Shown here one piece after another: positions 32,222-46,300 of a DNA stretch of 64,000 nt. The notes below the pieces were generated by a model. The model was not told where the DNA came from and did not search any database. It saw only the letters and a program-made list of their open reading frames with translations. Within the stretch, counting starts at the first letter, position 1; every line of letters starts with the position of its first letter. Source of the stretch: Callorhinchus milii (lineage: Eukaryota); assembly GCF_018977255.1 (NCBI RefSeq), contig NW_024704743.1:24430001-24494000 (forward strand). The letters run 5' to 3'. The position numbers were made by a program, and so were the translations under genes.

Positions 32222-35032
32222 AGTGTGACCTGGCAAAGGAAATGTATATTTTTGTACAATTAGTCTCTTTAGAGACATTCGGTGGGAATGGTTGCATTTA
32301 AATTTTCCTTAAACTTCATCCTACTACAGTTATTTTCATGATAATTTGCAGTATAAACTATGTTCAGGAATCGTGAATTATGATCAATCCTATTCCTTAG
32401 CCCATTTTAAGGAGTGGTTTCAAAAGCACTTAAATTTCCATAAATCCAGGATCATCATTGATAGATTTAAGGGGGACTTAGAATTTTCTCAAGATAGTTG
32501 TTATACAAGGAACTTTTTACCCAAGGAGTTACTGAAGCTGAGACTACTAAACTTTAAAAAGAAATTGGGAAACATTTAAGATTGATATCAGCGGGAATGT
32601 GGAAGGAGCAGGGAATTGAAATTAAAGCAGTTGGATCCAATGGAGGAGCTGGCACCCTTTACTAAAATGGATGTATAATCTAGATACATATTTATGGAGA
32701 TTATGAATCATTATTTCAAGTGAGGCAGTAAAGATTGTAAGATTTGGATAATAATCATGATGGTACAGTAAAAATGAAATTCATGAGAAGAAACTGCTAA
32801 ATGTAAAGATTGAGTGCAGATATTCAAAATATTGTGATCATGCAGTGAAGGATTTCCTTTGGCACAGTTTTGAATTATAGAACCAAACAGTTAATTGGAT
32901 TTGTCATAACAAGGGGAAGTCGCTGAAGGGAAGGAGGGCTCCAGCCTGCACTGTTTGAGCATCCCAGAAAATACGTACAAATTATAGTACAGCCCGACCC
33001 GAGCCAACCCCCCAAAATGCCCCAAGTTCTACTCTGCCTCCCTCACCCCTCCCACCTCTCCACTACTTTTATCAACCTTTATCCTTCTCTCACTGTCCTC
33101 CTCGTCTTCTCTCTCTCCAGGACTCCACCACTGCCTCCCTCTGCTCCACTCTAGGCATCCTCCGCCATGCTCATTGTGGCACACGTCAACGGTTGTCCCA
33201 AAGGAGCCATCGCGACTGTCCCATCACCCACTCTCTCCGCAAGACCTTCCCCTGCCTCCACACAATATGTTGGCTATTCCACCGTAGCATCTACTTTTTG
33301 TAATAGAAATACACTAGTTGCAACCAAGCAACAAAACAGCAATTTCCCATAGCTGGAACATGTACTGAATCTAGAATAACTGGACACGTGATTTGTAGAT
33401 GTGGGCTGGATTATAGGGATATTACAGTCCGTTTGCAAGAGCTAAATTATGAGTCTTCCAAAACCATTCTCAGTACTAACTCCCACCAGTATCTGTAGCA
33501 GCCTGAAAAGTCATGGACAATGTGCAGACAAGAATGTTATGCCTTCCATGCTGAAACAGGAATGTAGCAGTGAAAGGAAAAAAAAAAGTAGCAATTAATC
33601 AGATTTTAAAAAAAATCAGGTCTTAAAAGAGGCAAGTACTGTAGTTAACGAGGCAGTTACAATTATTTGAATTTTTGTAACTTGCTCGCTACCATTTAAT
33701 AACAGCATATCAAGAACACATTCCAGTTAAGAAACGTCTGAAATGTGTTATTTTGCATAGATATTTGAATTCTCACAAATTTAGCAATTAAAATATTTAA
33801 AAGTATTGTTCCACAACTTCAAAATTTGCTTCAAAACATTATGTAAGCTACAATATACTCCATTTGTGGAGCTGTTTCTGCATTTAGAGATTGTGCTTTG
33901 GTCTTTCACAGATACAATAAAGAAATCCGGCCATTAGAATTTTTAAGACTTTCTTGCAAGGAAGTTTAAGGATACCCATCCAAGGTTACTGCTATAACTA
34001 CAAAAGTTTTAGATCTTTTAACATATTCAGTTCACAAAAATAAAGGTCGAATAGATAAATCTTGCTTGATTAGGACAGTCACAAAATTCTAAAGAGATTT
34101 GTATTTAGCATTTGTAACAAACACACCATCCGTAACAAACAACAGCTTGCATTTATATAGCACCCTTCCCGTGGGTAACGTCTCAGAGCTCTTTAGCGGT
34201 GGTGGAGGTCGATGTTAAGATGAGGGGAGGTTAACGGAGATATGGTCAAACATCCAGGTTTGTAATACTGGTTAATAATGATTTTTTGTATTAAAATAAC
34301 TGAATGCAAACATCAACATCAAAAAACTGATATAAACAGATAGGAATGAGAAATATAATTTATATTAAGATGCAGGAGTTGAGGGAATATTAACTACATT
34401 TATGGACGATTCATAAATAGGTGTTAACAGCAACAAAGAATGTAAAAAGCTACAGGTAGACAGATTAGTGGAAAATGAAGTTCAATATAGAAAAATGCAA
34501 AGTTTGGAAGAAAGAATAGGGAGTGGAATTAAACCCTGGAGAAGAGATGTTTTAAGACAATGTAAAGGAATGAAACAATTGTAAGAAACATTCTGCAAGT
34601 AGGTGATTTGTGGACATGAGGGCATCAATTCAAGATTGTGAATAGAGTGTAAAAGGACATTTAGAACTTCTTCCAAAGAATTGTTTGGGTATGGAATAAT
34701 TTGCCATGGTGGCTGTCTGAACAGTCATTTGTGAATTAAAAAAAAGAATTGGACAAACGCATGCCAACATGATATTGGAGCATACGGGGAAGGAGTAGGG
34801 AATTTTGGATGAATGGCTTCTTGGAGGAGAAAAATAATAATTGGCTGAATGGCCTCCTCCTGCGTCCCACATTTCTATGGTTCTACATGTTTTTATTGGA
34901 TATATTTAACTTTGTTGATTTTACTAATTTGTTCAAAATGGAAAGTTAAATTGAAAGACCATGTTGAAACTTAAATGTTCAGTAACTGCAACCTGCTTCC
35001 AGTTTACTGGTGTTTTCACAACTTGAGCCAGT

Positions 35033-35389
35033 GGAGTCCGATAGCTCAGATGTTAGAGAACTCGCCTCAAAAGCAAGTTCAATTCCTGGTAGGGTGAAAC
35101 ATTGGGCAAGTTTCCTTACTCCACATGCCACCGTTTAGCTAGCCTTAAGTAGGAACCCCGTTGTTAGTCGATTGGCAGATCGCTTTTCCCGGGGTAATAA
35201 TTCCTTCAAAATAATAATAATAAATTGGTCACTGAATCCACAATTGTTTCTGGGACACTGCTCTGTGCAATTGGCTGTGATTTCGTTCACAAAATATGCA
35301 TTCAATTCACTTTACAGTATATTCTGTGAAGCGCTTTGAGACATCTCGAAGACATGACAAGGCACTAAATGAAATGCAAGGATTATTAT
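35033..35389 (+). mobile_element. tRNA-headed SINE, older long subfamily
   Basis: Same structure as 31497-31850. Confidence 0.85.
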
Positions 35390-37132
35390 GTCTATAAAGG
35401 TTTTTGCTTGAATTGCAAAATAGAATTGTAAAACACATCCAACTCGTGAATATCTACAAATCTAGAATTCTTTGGACAAACTGAACATGTTTTGAAATAG
35501 AAAATAGCACAGAACAAAACTAGTTGAGATTGAAATAGCAAACTGTATTTGTTGCTTAAGAAGCTACATAAGTCAGCAAGTCCAAGAAGGTGAACTGAAA
35601 TATTTATGTACATCTAAATCCTATTTTAATTTGGATTGAAACTCTTAAGCTCTATAAAGGTGAACATAAAACAATTTAAGTCAGTGAAAATACTGAAAGC
35701 ACCACCCACCCAAAGCAAAAACATCATCCTTACAGCAAAGTGGTTGTTGTGTGCAAAGCCTATTTGCAAGGCAACAAATATTTTAAATTATTCATTAAAA
35801 ATATCAATTAAGCTAAAATTATTCCATAAATTATTTTTTTTTTGACTTAGTGTGAGTCTTCAAATTATTTCTGTTTAATTGTCTTAATCGACTCAACTTT
35901 GGATTGGTTGCAAAGGTGAAAAAAATGTACAAAGAGAAAAGAGAAACTAATTGAACTCTGATAGAAATGTGACTTAAACCAACATTATGATAATATTCGT
36001 ACTAATAATCTACTTATTCCACAGATTTGTAGTCATACAATGCTGTGAAAAGGTTGTGGGGGGAAAAAACTAATTGTTTAGAGACTGTTTAACACAGGGG
36101 CTGACACATTTAGCAATACTCTCATATTGTGTGAGAAATTTATGGGTTATAATCAGGCATGTACTACAATAAATATCTGAGAACACAGTAAATATTAAAG
36201 GTTCTGAACCAAAAAGCCTTATATATTGTGACAGATTGCTTTGGAATTGAAATGGGTTAGGTGGATGCAACTCTGTGCATCTACACATATTCGCACACTT
36301 CTCGGTCATCACCTCTAAACTGTACAGCATTATACACAATAAATCCATAATAAAGGCTTCAACTTTACATGCAGTCATCAAGAGGGGAAAAAACAGCTAA
36401 GAATATTTAATACCCCAAAGATTTTGCTTGTGGGTATCTACACAATGTTGAATGACATAAAAGCTTAAAAAAATATAAAAATACATTTTTTCAGAAATAA
36501 GCATTTAAATGCTACGGCAGAATGGTCTTTTTAAAAAGTCTGACATCTGTAAGATTCTCTAAAATTGGAAATGCCCTCTCTTAATGTGAGACGACTTTTC
36601 CTTTGGGTGAATAACGAGGTCTTGGCAAAGCTACAGAAAGCAGAGCCAGAGAATGTTAGGAATGACCTCGCAGACATGCCGATAACAGCAGAGTACAAGT
36701 CGATTCCGGCGACTACCATCTACTAGCTAAGTCTTGTCGCTAAACTCCTGAAACACCAAAATAGATACAGAATTTGCAGTCTCTGGCCACATGCTGACTA
36801 TCGCTCACCTCCTCTATGACAGGGGCAGGGGAGAGTTACAAGTTATAAACATCAACAGTCACTGGCAAACATACGAGCTGTTAAAACACGGTGGTACCCT
36901 TCTCCGTGAGCTCCTCCTTGCAAAATGCAGTCACTGCATAATAAAAAGAAAGTAGTGCTGATAGCAGCAGTAAGGGAAAACTCCATTATATGTAGTGCGT
37001 CACTGTAAACATCTTCAATTGCAGAGAAATAAAATCTGTCCAAAAAAAGTTGAGGCGCTTTGGACTTACTTCCCCCCCATTTAAGGAAAGATAAGTTAAC
37101 TTCACAGGAGTCCCAGGAAGTGCATTTTGTGT

Positions 37133-37359
37133 TCAGATTTGATATGCTGAGCCGATTGCAGTGGCACGGTCTGTCTCTTGGACAGTGGATGATGTCACAT
37201 TATCTGGTTGTTCGTTCTCAGCCGATGGACTAGGAGTATATGGAGGTGGAGCATCACTCAAGCTGCAAGCATCGTAACCCTCTGGGACAGACAGAGCACG
37301 AGCGTCCTCAATACTCCCAGCAGTAGCATACTCTGTGTATGGCGGAGGCTTTAAATCAT
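37133..37359 (-). CDS. PY-motif protein terminal exon (DLKPPPY...APPPY...SAYQI*)
   Basis: ttattgctgcag acceptor, phase 1, TGA stop; matches ORF-track 37133-37381. Confidence 0.88.
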
Positions 37360-40300
37360 CTGCAGCAATAAGAAAATCCAAAGGATAAGATCATTCTCCA
37401 CATTAAAACACTCAGAAATAGCATTTAAGAATTAAGTACAGGTTTTCACAATTGAGTAATGAATAAGATCTGAGATAAGTGCAAGTTGTCTATAAACAAA
37501 GCCTGTTGAATGAATGAATGAATCCTGAAAAGATTTGCCAAAATGAATTTGCACATTTTACTGCTTTCAACGTCAGCAGCACAAAGTGTCAGAGAATGTT
37601 TGCTCTATATTTACTTAAGCAGAGTTGGAGTCAGGATAATACAGGACAACCTTTATTGTGCTTTACTAGAGTGGAAGACATCTTAAAATACGAGTGCCTG
37701 TGGGCTCGGGGTTACTTGACGGGCAATAAATTCCCGTTGCGGACTGGCTAGTTTTCTGTGCGCCCACTGGGTGAAGGAAGCCAACCAGTCAGTCACAACT
37801 TGTATGCGTTTCTAGTGCTAGAACTGTCGTGGCCTGTTGACTGGTCCAGTTTCCTTGTTATTATATTAAGTTATATTAACAGTGACCCATTTGCCATTTT
37901 TCACAGTACTATTACAATATGAGATTTAATTTTATGGATCCAAAACACTATTATAAGTGGAGGGGGTGGGGGGAAGGGTGCTCTGTAGTAGTCAGTCAGC
38001 TCCATCTTCCAATAACTGCTCTTAGCAGTATTGAATATTGTGCTACTCTTAAATACAGTTTTGTTTCTAAACTGAAATCAAAGGCAGTTTCTTTTTGGTG
38101 AAAAGTAGATACCAACATAGTTTCACAATGGAGCTCCATTTCTAATAAAGGAAATGTTATCTTGGTGAAAATTAAAGCTATAAAATTTCTAAAGTACCCG
38201 TCTGACCTCTCGACACCGCTTCATATGGAGGTGGCACCTCCAGCTGGCTGTAGGAAGGAGCAGGAGGTAGGGACCCAGAGGGTTCTCCAATGGAGCCGTC
38301 ATCTTGACCCCCATACCAACTATACCACATAGGACTCTGTAAAGAAAGCAATACACTTTTAACCAACATTGTTTTTTTTCGCTGAACCTGTCAATAAAAA
38401 GGTACTGAATTTCAATTTTAGATTTCAATTGCATCGTTTGCTCAAAAAGAAATGAAAGAGCAATAAAAGATATAAACATGCAGAGAAACTATTTTCATTT
38501 ACTTAACTTCTTCCTCAGAAACTCACAGTCATCATGAGATGCTTGAAACTACAGACCTACCACAAATTCCACTGTTCCAATCAGATTTATTTAAAGGGTA
38601 AGATTGCTTTTGATCTGGACTGCATAGTACCAGGTAGGGGAGCACAGAGCTCTACAAAAAATAAATGAAGGGACAAACACAAGATACTGCAGTATAAATA
38701 CTGCAATGAAGTAATTGGACCAATGCACCCATCACCCTTTGATTTTGCTGCTTTAGGATATACTATAGACTGAATATTACCCTATATAATATACAATTGA
38801 CACCAGGCTGTCACAATCATGATATGAAAACAAAACTGGATTAAACCGTGCATCAAAGATTTAACCAATGACAGGAATCTTATAGCTTGAGTCTCATTAC
38901 TGTCAGCTATTACTTACTATATTTGTTCCTCTACTGGTATAAACATATTATGTTTTGGATCTGTACACAATCATTATTCTGAGTTTTGCTGCAAATATGG
39001 CAGTTGCAGCTGAAGTTACAACCTCAACTGGTGGAACCATCGCTCATCGCCCACAAATAAACAGTCAATTCACTTTACAGTGTGTTCTGTGAAGCGCTTT
39101 GGGACGTCCTCCTGACGTGAAAAACGCTATATCAAATGCAAGGATTATTATTATTATTAAATGGGTAGGGATACATGTCTGAGCTGTGGGCAGGAAGATT
39201 TCATGCTAAATTGCACTGTTCAACAGAGTCTTGCAGGGGATTACTATTACCTGCTATCCACTAAAGGAGGGCTCAAAGATGCGCTTGTAGGATATCAACT
39301 GACCATTTAATGACTCTTGGGAAGGAAAGGGGATAAGGTAAATGAGTATCCTTGGGGCTGAGATGACATGCCTGGCAATGGAATATCAAAATCAAGTTGA
39401 TCCTCTTGGGCGGTAATGGTAGTTTGGTTCCTGAGCCCGGCGAGTTTGTGGTACTCCATGTCACTGCTGATGACAGGTCAGCCAGCCTGACTCATCAACA
39501 GGACTCGAAGGGGCAAACCAGTCACTGTTGGCAGACATAGTTACTGTTAACGCAGCAAGCCAGTGCCCTAATGGATAGAGTGATCTTTTTTGGATAAACT
39601 GGAAAGCTTGGCAGACAGTGCTCTCAACGGTAAGCTATGTGGTTTCAGCTGGTTTAACTCCAGCAGTGCCCCAACACACACTCTGGGGTCCCTAAGTCTT
39701 CACTTGTCAACCTGCGCCTCATACTTTCTAGAATTAGGTAAGCAGGGTACATCCTTCGGGAAGAAAATAACACATTCCAGTCCAGACTACAAGGAATTTA
39801 CCATGTGTAAGTAAAATGCATACGTGGAACTTGTCTGGTTTGGATACTCATAACAGAGCAGTAGATTTCTGAATGTGTTAATACACCTGGCTGACAAAAG
39901 AAAAATGTGGTGGTGGGGGAGAAGAAGAAAGTAGGAGGATAGACCAATTTCCATGGGGGTGAAGAGGAAGATAGGAGGAGAAGAAGATAGGAGGAGAGAT
40001 CAGGGTTCATCAGGGTTAGAGTAAGGTAAAGAATACTGAGGTGAACTTTGCATTTCTTATATAAATAAACTTGCATTGATGTAGGGCCCTTTGTGCAGGA
40101 AAGCACCTTGGAGTGCCATAGTGGTGGAGGTGGTCACTGAGCAAGGGAGAAGGAGGTGACCATACGCATGGTTGAAGAGCTAGGTCTCTAGGTGGGATTT
40201 AAAAATAAAGAGGAGATGAGGCAGAGGGATTGAGGCAGGGAGTTCCAGAAATTAGGGACACTGCCACTGAAAGCATGGCCACCTGCACAAGAATTATTTC

Positions 40301-43300
40301 GGAAACCAGAAGAATGCCACCCTTGCTACTCTGACATGAGAGACTTCCGCTGGAAGTAGATTAAGCTACAGTGGCATTTTTGTGAGTGCGCATCACAGAT
40401 TTCTTAATTTTAAAATAATCTCTATTACATGCAATGTTCTATAATTAATGCTGCAACTTGGGATATTGTAGTTACTTTGGTTGAAAACAATTTTTAAAAA
40501 ATGCGAAGCATCTGTGTAAAATGCAGTGTTCAGTTTGTTAATTTCAGCAATGGTGTACCATCGATACTGCTCAGATTTCAGGGCTGTTTATATCAAATTA
40601 CCTTCTTAGAACTTTGTTTAGACCCGGGAGAATATTTGATTTCAGAATGTCTTGCATCTACTCAAACATTTCCTGTAATTACCCAATTATAATTTTTCCA
40701 CTTCCAGCATTTCTCTATCAAATGTTAAGACTGTTGAAATAATCACAATGGGATAAGCAAGTCGTGTTTCATCTCATGTGGGATAATGACATTTAATCTG
40801 ATTTCACTTTTTACTGTGGCACCAATGTTCTGCCAACTCAGCATTCTTTAAACTGTCCCAACTTAATCCTGAGCCCAGAGCTGCAGTTTTTCTTGTTTTT
40901 TTTAAAAAGCAGAGATTCTGTATGGAAACTCTTGCTGAGCAATTTCCTTTCGCAAATCATTTAAAGCTACATTTGTGATACATGATTGCTTAGTTTTTTT
41001 AAAAAAATCTTCCAATATTTTTTCTTACAAGTGCAGATGCTCATCAGCATCATTTGTTGAATCAGACCTAAATGTTGATTTGAGTTGATTACCCATCAAT
41101 AGGTCACACCAAGACAGACTGGTAGGAGACATTAACAAACAAGGCAAGCCTCTTTCCATTGCTCAAATTCCCCTTAGTCACCCCACACTGGGGTAATCCC
41201 AGCCTGGCACTGGCATTCTTGCCTCTGAGTCAGAAGGTTGTGTGTTGAAGAATCATGTTGGGATTGGAACATATATGGTCCATGTTCATAATCCAGTGCA
41301 TACATGGAATTCTCAGTTGGGGCCCCCTGAATGGTTACTTTATCCTTCAGATGAGAAGTTAAACTGAGGTCCCCTCTGCCCATTCAGGTGGACGTTAAAG
41401 ATCCCATTGCACTATTTGAAAAGAGAGGGAGTTTCTCCCAGTGTGCTGGGCAATAATCCCCTAGATAAAACTGGTCACTCACTTCAAGGTTGTTTGTGGG
41501 ACATTGCTGTGTGCAAATTGGCTGTTGTACACTTTACAGTAATATCCTGGGAAGAACTTTGAGATGTCTCGACAACATGATAAGGCGCTAACTCAAATGC
41601 AAGAATTACTGTATTTTACTTTGGAGAATTTCTCACTGTTGTGCAAGATAATGAATATCAGTTGGAAATGGATGTCATTTAGCTAGGGACAGTTTCTACC
41701 AACCAGAACTCAAATCCATGTCTTTTGGACAAGAAGTCTGCATTCTGTTGTCTGAGCAATCAGATTGAAAAGCACAGCCAGATCTCATAATGTCAATGGC
41801 AATACAATTTGCATATCAGAGTTATAATCCGCATCTTTGGCAGCATAGCAGTACTATATCTTTCATGCAGCCCAGAAATAGATATCATGATTTTTTTTGG
41901 TCAGCCAATGCCTGACACTGGTGGAAACTCATCACCGTGCTTAAGAGTATCCAAACTGAGAATTCTATGTATCCCACTTACACATGGAAATTCCAGAGAC
42001 AGATTGTTGGAATGTAATGTGCACTCTCTCCCTGGAGGGACACATCCCGCTTTACCTAATACAAAAAGCATTATACGCAGGTTGGCAAGAGCCAAGGCTT
42101 GGGGACCCCAGAATGTGCGTTGGGGTACTGCTGGAGTCTAACCCGCTAAAACCACATAGCTTGCCCTTGATAATAGAATCATAGAATTATACAGCACAAA
42201 AGGAGGCCATTCGGCCCATCGTGTCTGTGCTAGCTCTTTGAAAAGAGCTATCTAAATCAATCCCACTCCCCCGCTCTCTCCCCATAGCCCTGCAAACTTG
42301 TCGTCACCAAATAATTATAATAATATAGCGCTTTTCACGTCTTCTAGATGTCTCAAAGTTCTTCACAGAATAGACTGTAAAGTGAATTGACTGTATATTT
42401 GTGGGCAAAATGCGCAGCCAATTGCACTTAGCAGTGTCCCACAAACAGTTGTGGATTGAAGTGACCAATTTATTATTGTTTTTTTTTGAGGGATTATTAT
42501 TAGGCGTGTGGAGTAAGGAAACTTGCCCAAGGTTTCCCCTGCCGGGAATCAAACCCAGGTCTCTCGCTTGCAAAGCGAATGCTCTAACCACTGAGCTACA
42601 GGACTCCACATCTACCTCTCTCTTAAAAACTGTTATCGAATCGGCTTCCACCACCCTTTCAAGCAATGCATTCCAGATCTGAACAATTCGTTGTGTAAAA
42701 AAAATTCTCCTCTCCTCTGCTTCTTTTAACAACTATTTTAAATCGGTGTCCTCGGGTTAACGACCCACCCACCAGAGGAAACAGTTTCTCCTTGTTCACC
42801 CTATCGAATCTCCTCATAATTTTAGAAACTTCTATTAAGTCTCCTCTTAACCTTCTCTGCTCTAAGGAGAATAATCCTAGCTTCTCCAGCCTCTCCTGAT
42901 AACTGAAGTTCCTCATTCCTGGTACTATCCTGGTAAATCTCCCGTTTGCACCCTCTCCAATGCCTTGACATCCTTCCTAAAGTCTGGTTCCCAGAGCTGA
43001 ACACAGTACTCTAGCTGAGTCCTAACCAATGTTTTATAAAGGTTCATCATAACTTCCTGACTTTTGTATTCTCTGCCCCTGTTTATAAAGCCTGGTATCC
43101 CATTTGCTTTTTTAACAGCTTTATCTGCCTGTCCTGCCACCTTCAAAGATTTGCTTATATGAACCCCCAGGTCTCCCTGTTCCTTCACCCCTTTTAGATT
43201 GGACCATCAGCTTATACTGGCTCTCCTCATTCTTCCTCCTAAAATGCATCACTTCGCATTTCTCCACATTAAACTCCATCTGCCACGTGTCTGCCCATTT

Positions 43301-46300
43301 TACCAGTCTATCTATGACTTTTGGAGTCTGCTACTATCCTCACTGTTTACTACTTTTCCTGCTTAGTATTAGCTGCAAACTTGGAAATTGTACTCCCTAT
43401 AACCAAGTACAGGTTATTTATATACATCAAAAACAGCAGTGGTCCCAATACTGACCTCTGGGGGACACCACTGCACACTTCACTCCAGTCAGAAAACAAT
43501 CGTTCACCACCACTCTCTGCTTTCTGTCTCCCAGCCGTCCTGTATCCATGTTGCTACTGTCCCTTTAATACCGCGGGTTTCTATTTTGTATATCACTGTG
43601 TAGCAAGCTGTTCCGCTTCTTGTCCAGCTGGGACCACCCTACTAGTTAGGGCTTTCGCTTGCAGGGTTAAAAGGAACTAAGTGGGATGACTCCTTGCCCC
43701 CATTGACTAGTCTGCCCTTCTAATTCCTGCCGATGAGCCAGACTGGTTATGCTGTCATCAGCAATGCCCTGGAATACTGGGGATCCGCCTGGCTCAGGAA
43801 CCGGACTATCAAGACCACCACAAAGGGCTGGTTTGTTTCTGATATTCTGTTGCCAAACATGTCATCTTGGAGCCAGTTCAGCTCCAATGAGACCCAGCTT
43901 ACCAAGTCCTCACTCAGTACCAGCTGCTTAATCATGACATTTACTCATTCTTGGATCGGCTGTTGTGAAAATCCTTCATCTAATAGGAGAGGTAAAAAAA
44001 CTATTTAATCTACAGGATTCATCAGGCACTTATTAACATCAAATAATGCTCCTAGTGCCTGAAGAAAAATGTATTTGTAAATAAACATCAACTGGGGTCC
44101 GGGGGGAGAGTTAGTGAAAGAGAAACAAAGAAGTCGATAAAATGAGAGGAATTCATGGTGAAACATGAGTGCATTTAAAATGTTTAGTTTTGTTTTGTGG
44201 AAAGCCTCACCTAAAGCAGCAGATTTAAACACGGATTACAAGTCTGCGCAAACCAAATCCCATCTGTGGTACTCCTTTCACTCCAGTGATTTAAGTCTAT
44301 GCTGACCTAGTTGTCCTGGAGACTATTTGTAACTTTATATTCCACATTTTGAGTTTGGGATTTATTGCTTATAGTATTTAAGTGAGAACATTTTAACATA
44401 GAGACTTTATTTTCTAAAATTGTCCATATCGCTAAGAAAAATGTTCAAGAAGCATATAGCTACGGTTAAAAACAAATTGCAGGATTGATGTCAAACCTGC
44501 TAATCCCACAGATGAATGCCAGTATCTAGCAGAATTCACCAGCTGTGCTATATCCATAGTGCAAAACAAAGAGACCCGAAAGAATGAGTGCCTTTCTTAA
44601 AATGTAAAAACAAATCAAAATTGAAAGAGCCTTTATGACGTTACCTCATTAACAGGGCAAAAACTATTTTGATTTCAACAATTTATGCCCTATTCATACT
44701 GCTGGAAGTGATCAGAAGACAAATATATTTCCCCTTTACTCAATATCTGATTTGCTGGGAATCAATGAAACCTGCACGTGGGGAGCAAAGTGCTGGCTTT
44801 CAAAGGTAAAATCTCCAGTGCAATTCACTACAAGCTTGCAAATTCCAAACTCAATTTACACAGCATTTTTAGCATTGATTTGTGCCATTCAGTTTCACAC
44901 AATTTAATCTAGAGATTGCATACTCTGTTATTTTGAGAGAGGAAGGAAAGGAAAGCAAACCCACAGGGAGACAAGACTGACTCCAGTGAGGGAGACAGAC
45001 CGGAAATGAGGGAGAGAAAAGCAGAAATGGGCTAAATCAAATAAGAGATGTGAGCAACATCGACCACTTGCATTTCCATAGTACTCTTCATGTAAGATAA
45101 TGCCTTAAAGAGTGCTGCACAGTGGCAATTGGACACTGAGCAAGGCAGAAGGGACAGGTGGCCATAAGCAGTCAAAAAGGTAGGTTTTCAGATGGGACTT
45201 GGATAGATAAGGGGTGATGAGGGAGCAAACAGAAGGACTGAGGCAGGGAGTGCAGAGATTACAGACATAGTGGCTGAAGGCACAGCCACTGAGTGTGTTT
45301 CAGAGTGGTTGGGGGATGTGCAGCAGGCCCTTGTTACAACAATAACAAGATTACATTTGTATAGCGCCTTTCACGTCGGGAGGACGTCCCAAGGCGCTGG
45401 ACAGTACAGCATTTCAGACCCGAGCTGGGGTCAGTGGGGGCTAAGGGAGCTGGCTGATGGCAAGGTCGAAGAGGAGGGTCTTGAGGCGGGACATGAAGAA
45501 GGCTAAGGAGGGTGCGAGGCGGAGTGACCTGGGGATGGATTTCCAGAGGTTGGGGGCAGAGTGGCTGAAGGCTCTCCCGCCAATGGTGGGGCGGGTGGGT
45601 CGGGGGATGTGGAGCAGGCCAGAGCCGGCTGAGCGGAGGAAACGAGCGGGTTGGTAGGGGGATAGGAGGTCGCAGAGGTAGGGTGGGGCGAGGCCATGGA
45701 GGGCTTTGTATGTGAAGACCAGGATCTTGAACTGGATCCTCTGAAGGATAGTGAGCCAGTGGAGTCGGACTGTTAGCTGAGCAAAGGGAGCCAGCAGGAG
45801 TGGAGTATGAACAGGTCAGAGAGGGAGAGGAGTGGCAGAGCAGTGCCAGAGAGTGAAGAGATTTGTATGTGAAGGTGAGCAACTCTTATGTTTCAAAAAA
45901 TCATTATCACATCAATGGCCGAGGTTCAAAACAGTCCCTTAATAATAATAATCCTTGCATTTGATATAGCGCTTTTCACGTCGGGAGGACGTCCCAAAGC
46001 GCTTCACAGAACACACTGTAAAGTGAATTGACTGTATATTTGTGGGCGAACGCGGCAGCCAATTGCGCACAGCAATGTCCCACAAACAGTCGTAGATTGA
46101 AAATGACCAATTTATTATTGTTTTTGGTTTTGGAGGGATTATTATTAGGCTCTGTGTGGAGTAAGGAAACTTGCCCAAGGTTTCGCCCTCTGCCTGGAAT
46201 TGAACTCAGGTCTCTCACTTGCAAAGCGAGTGCTCTAACCACTGAGCTACAGGACAGTGTCACTTAATTTGAGGTCACTCAGACATCTTCCACCATTGAA

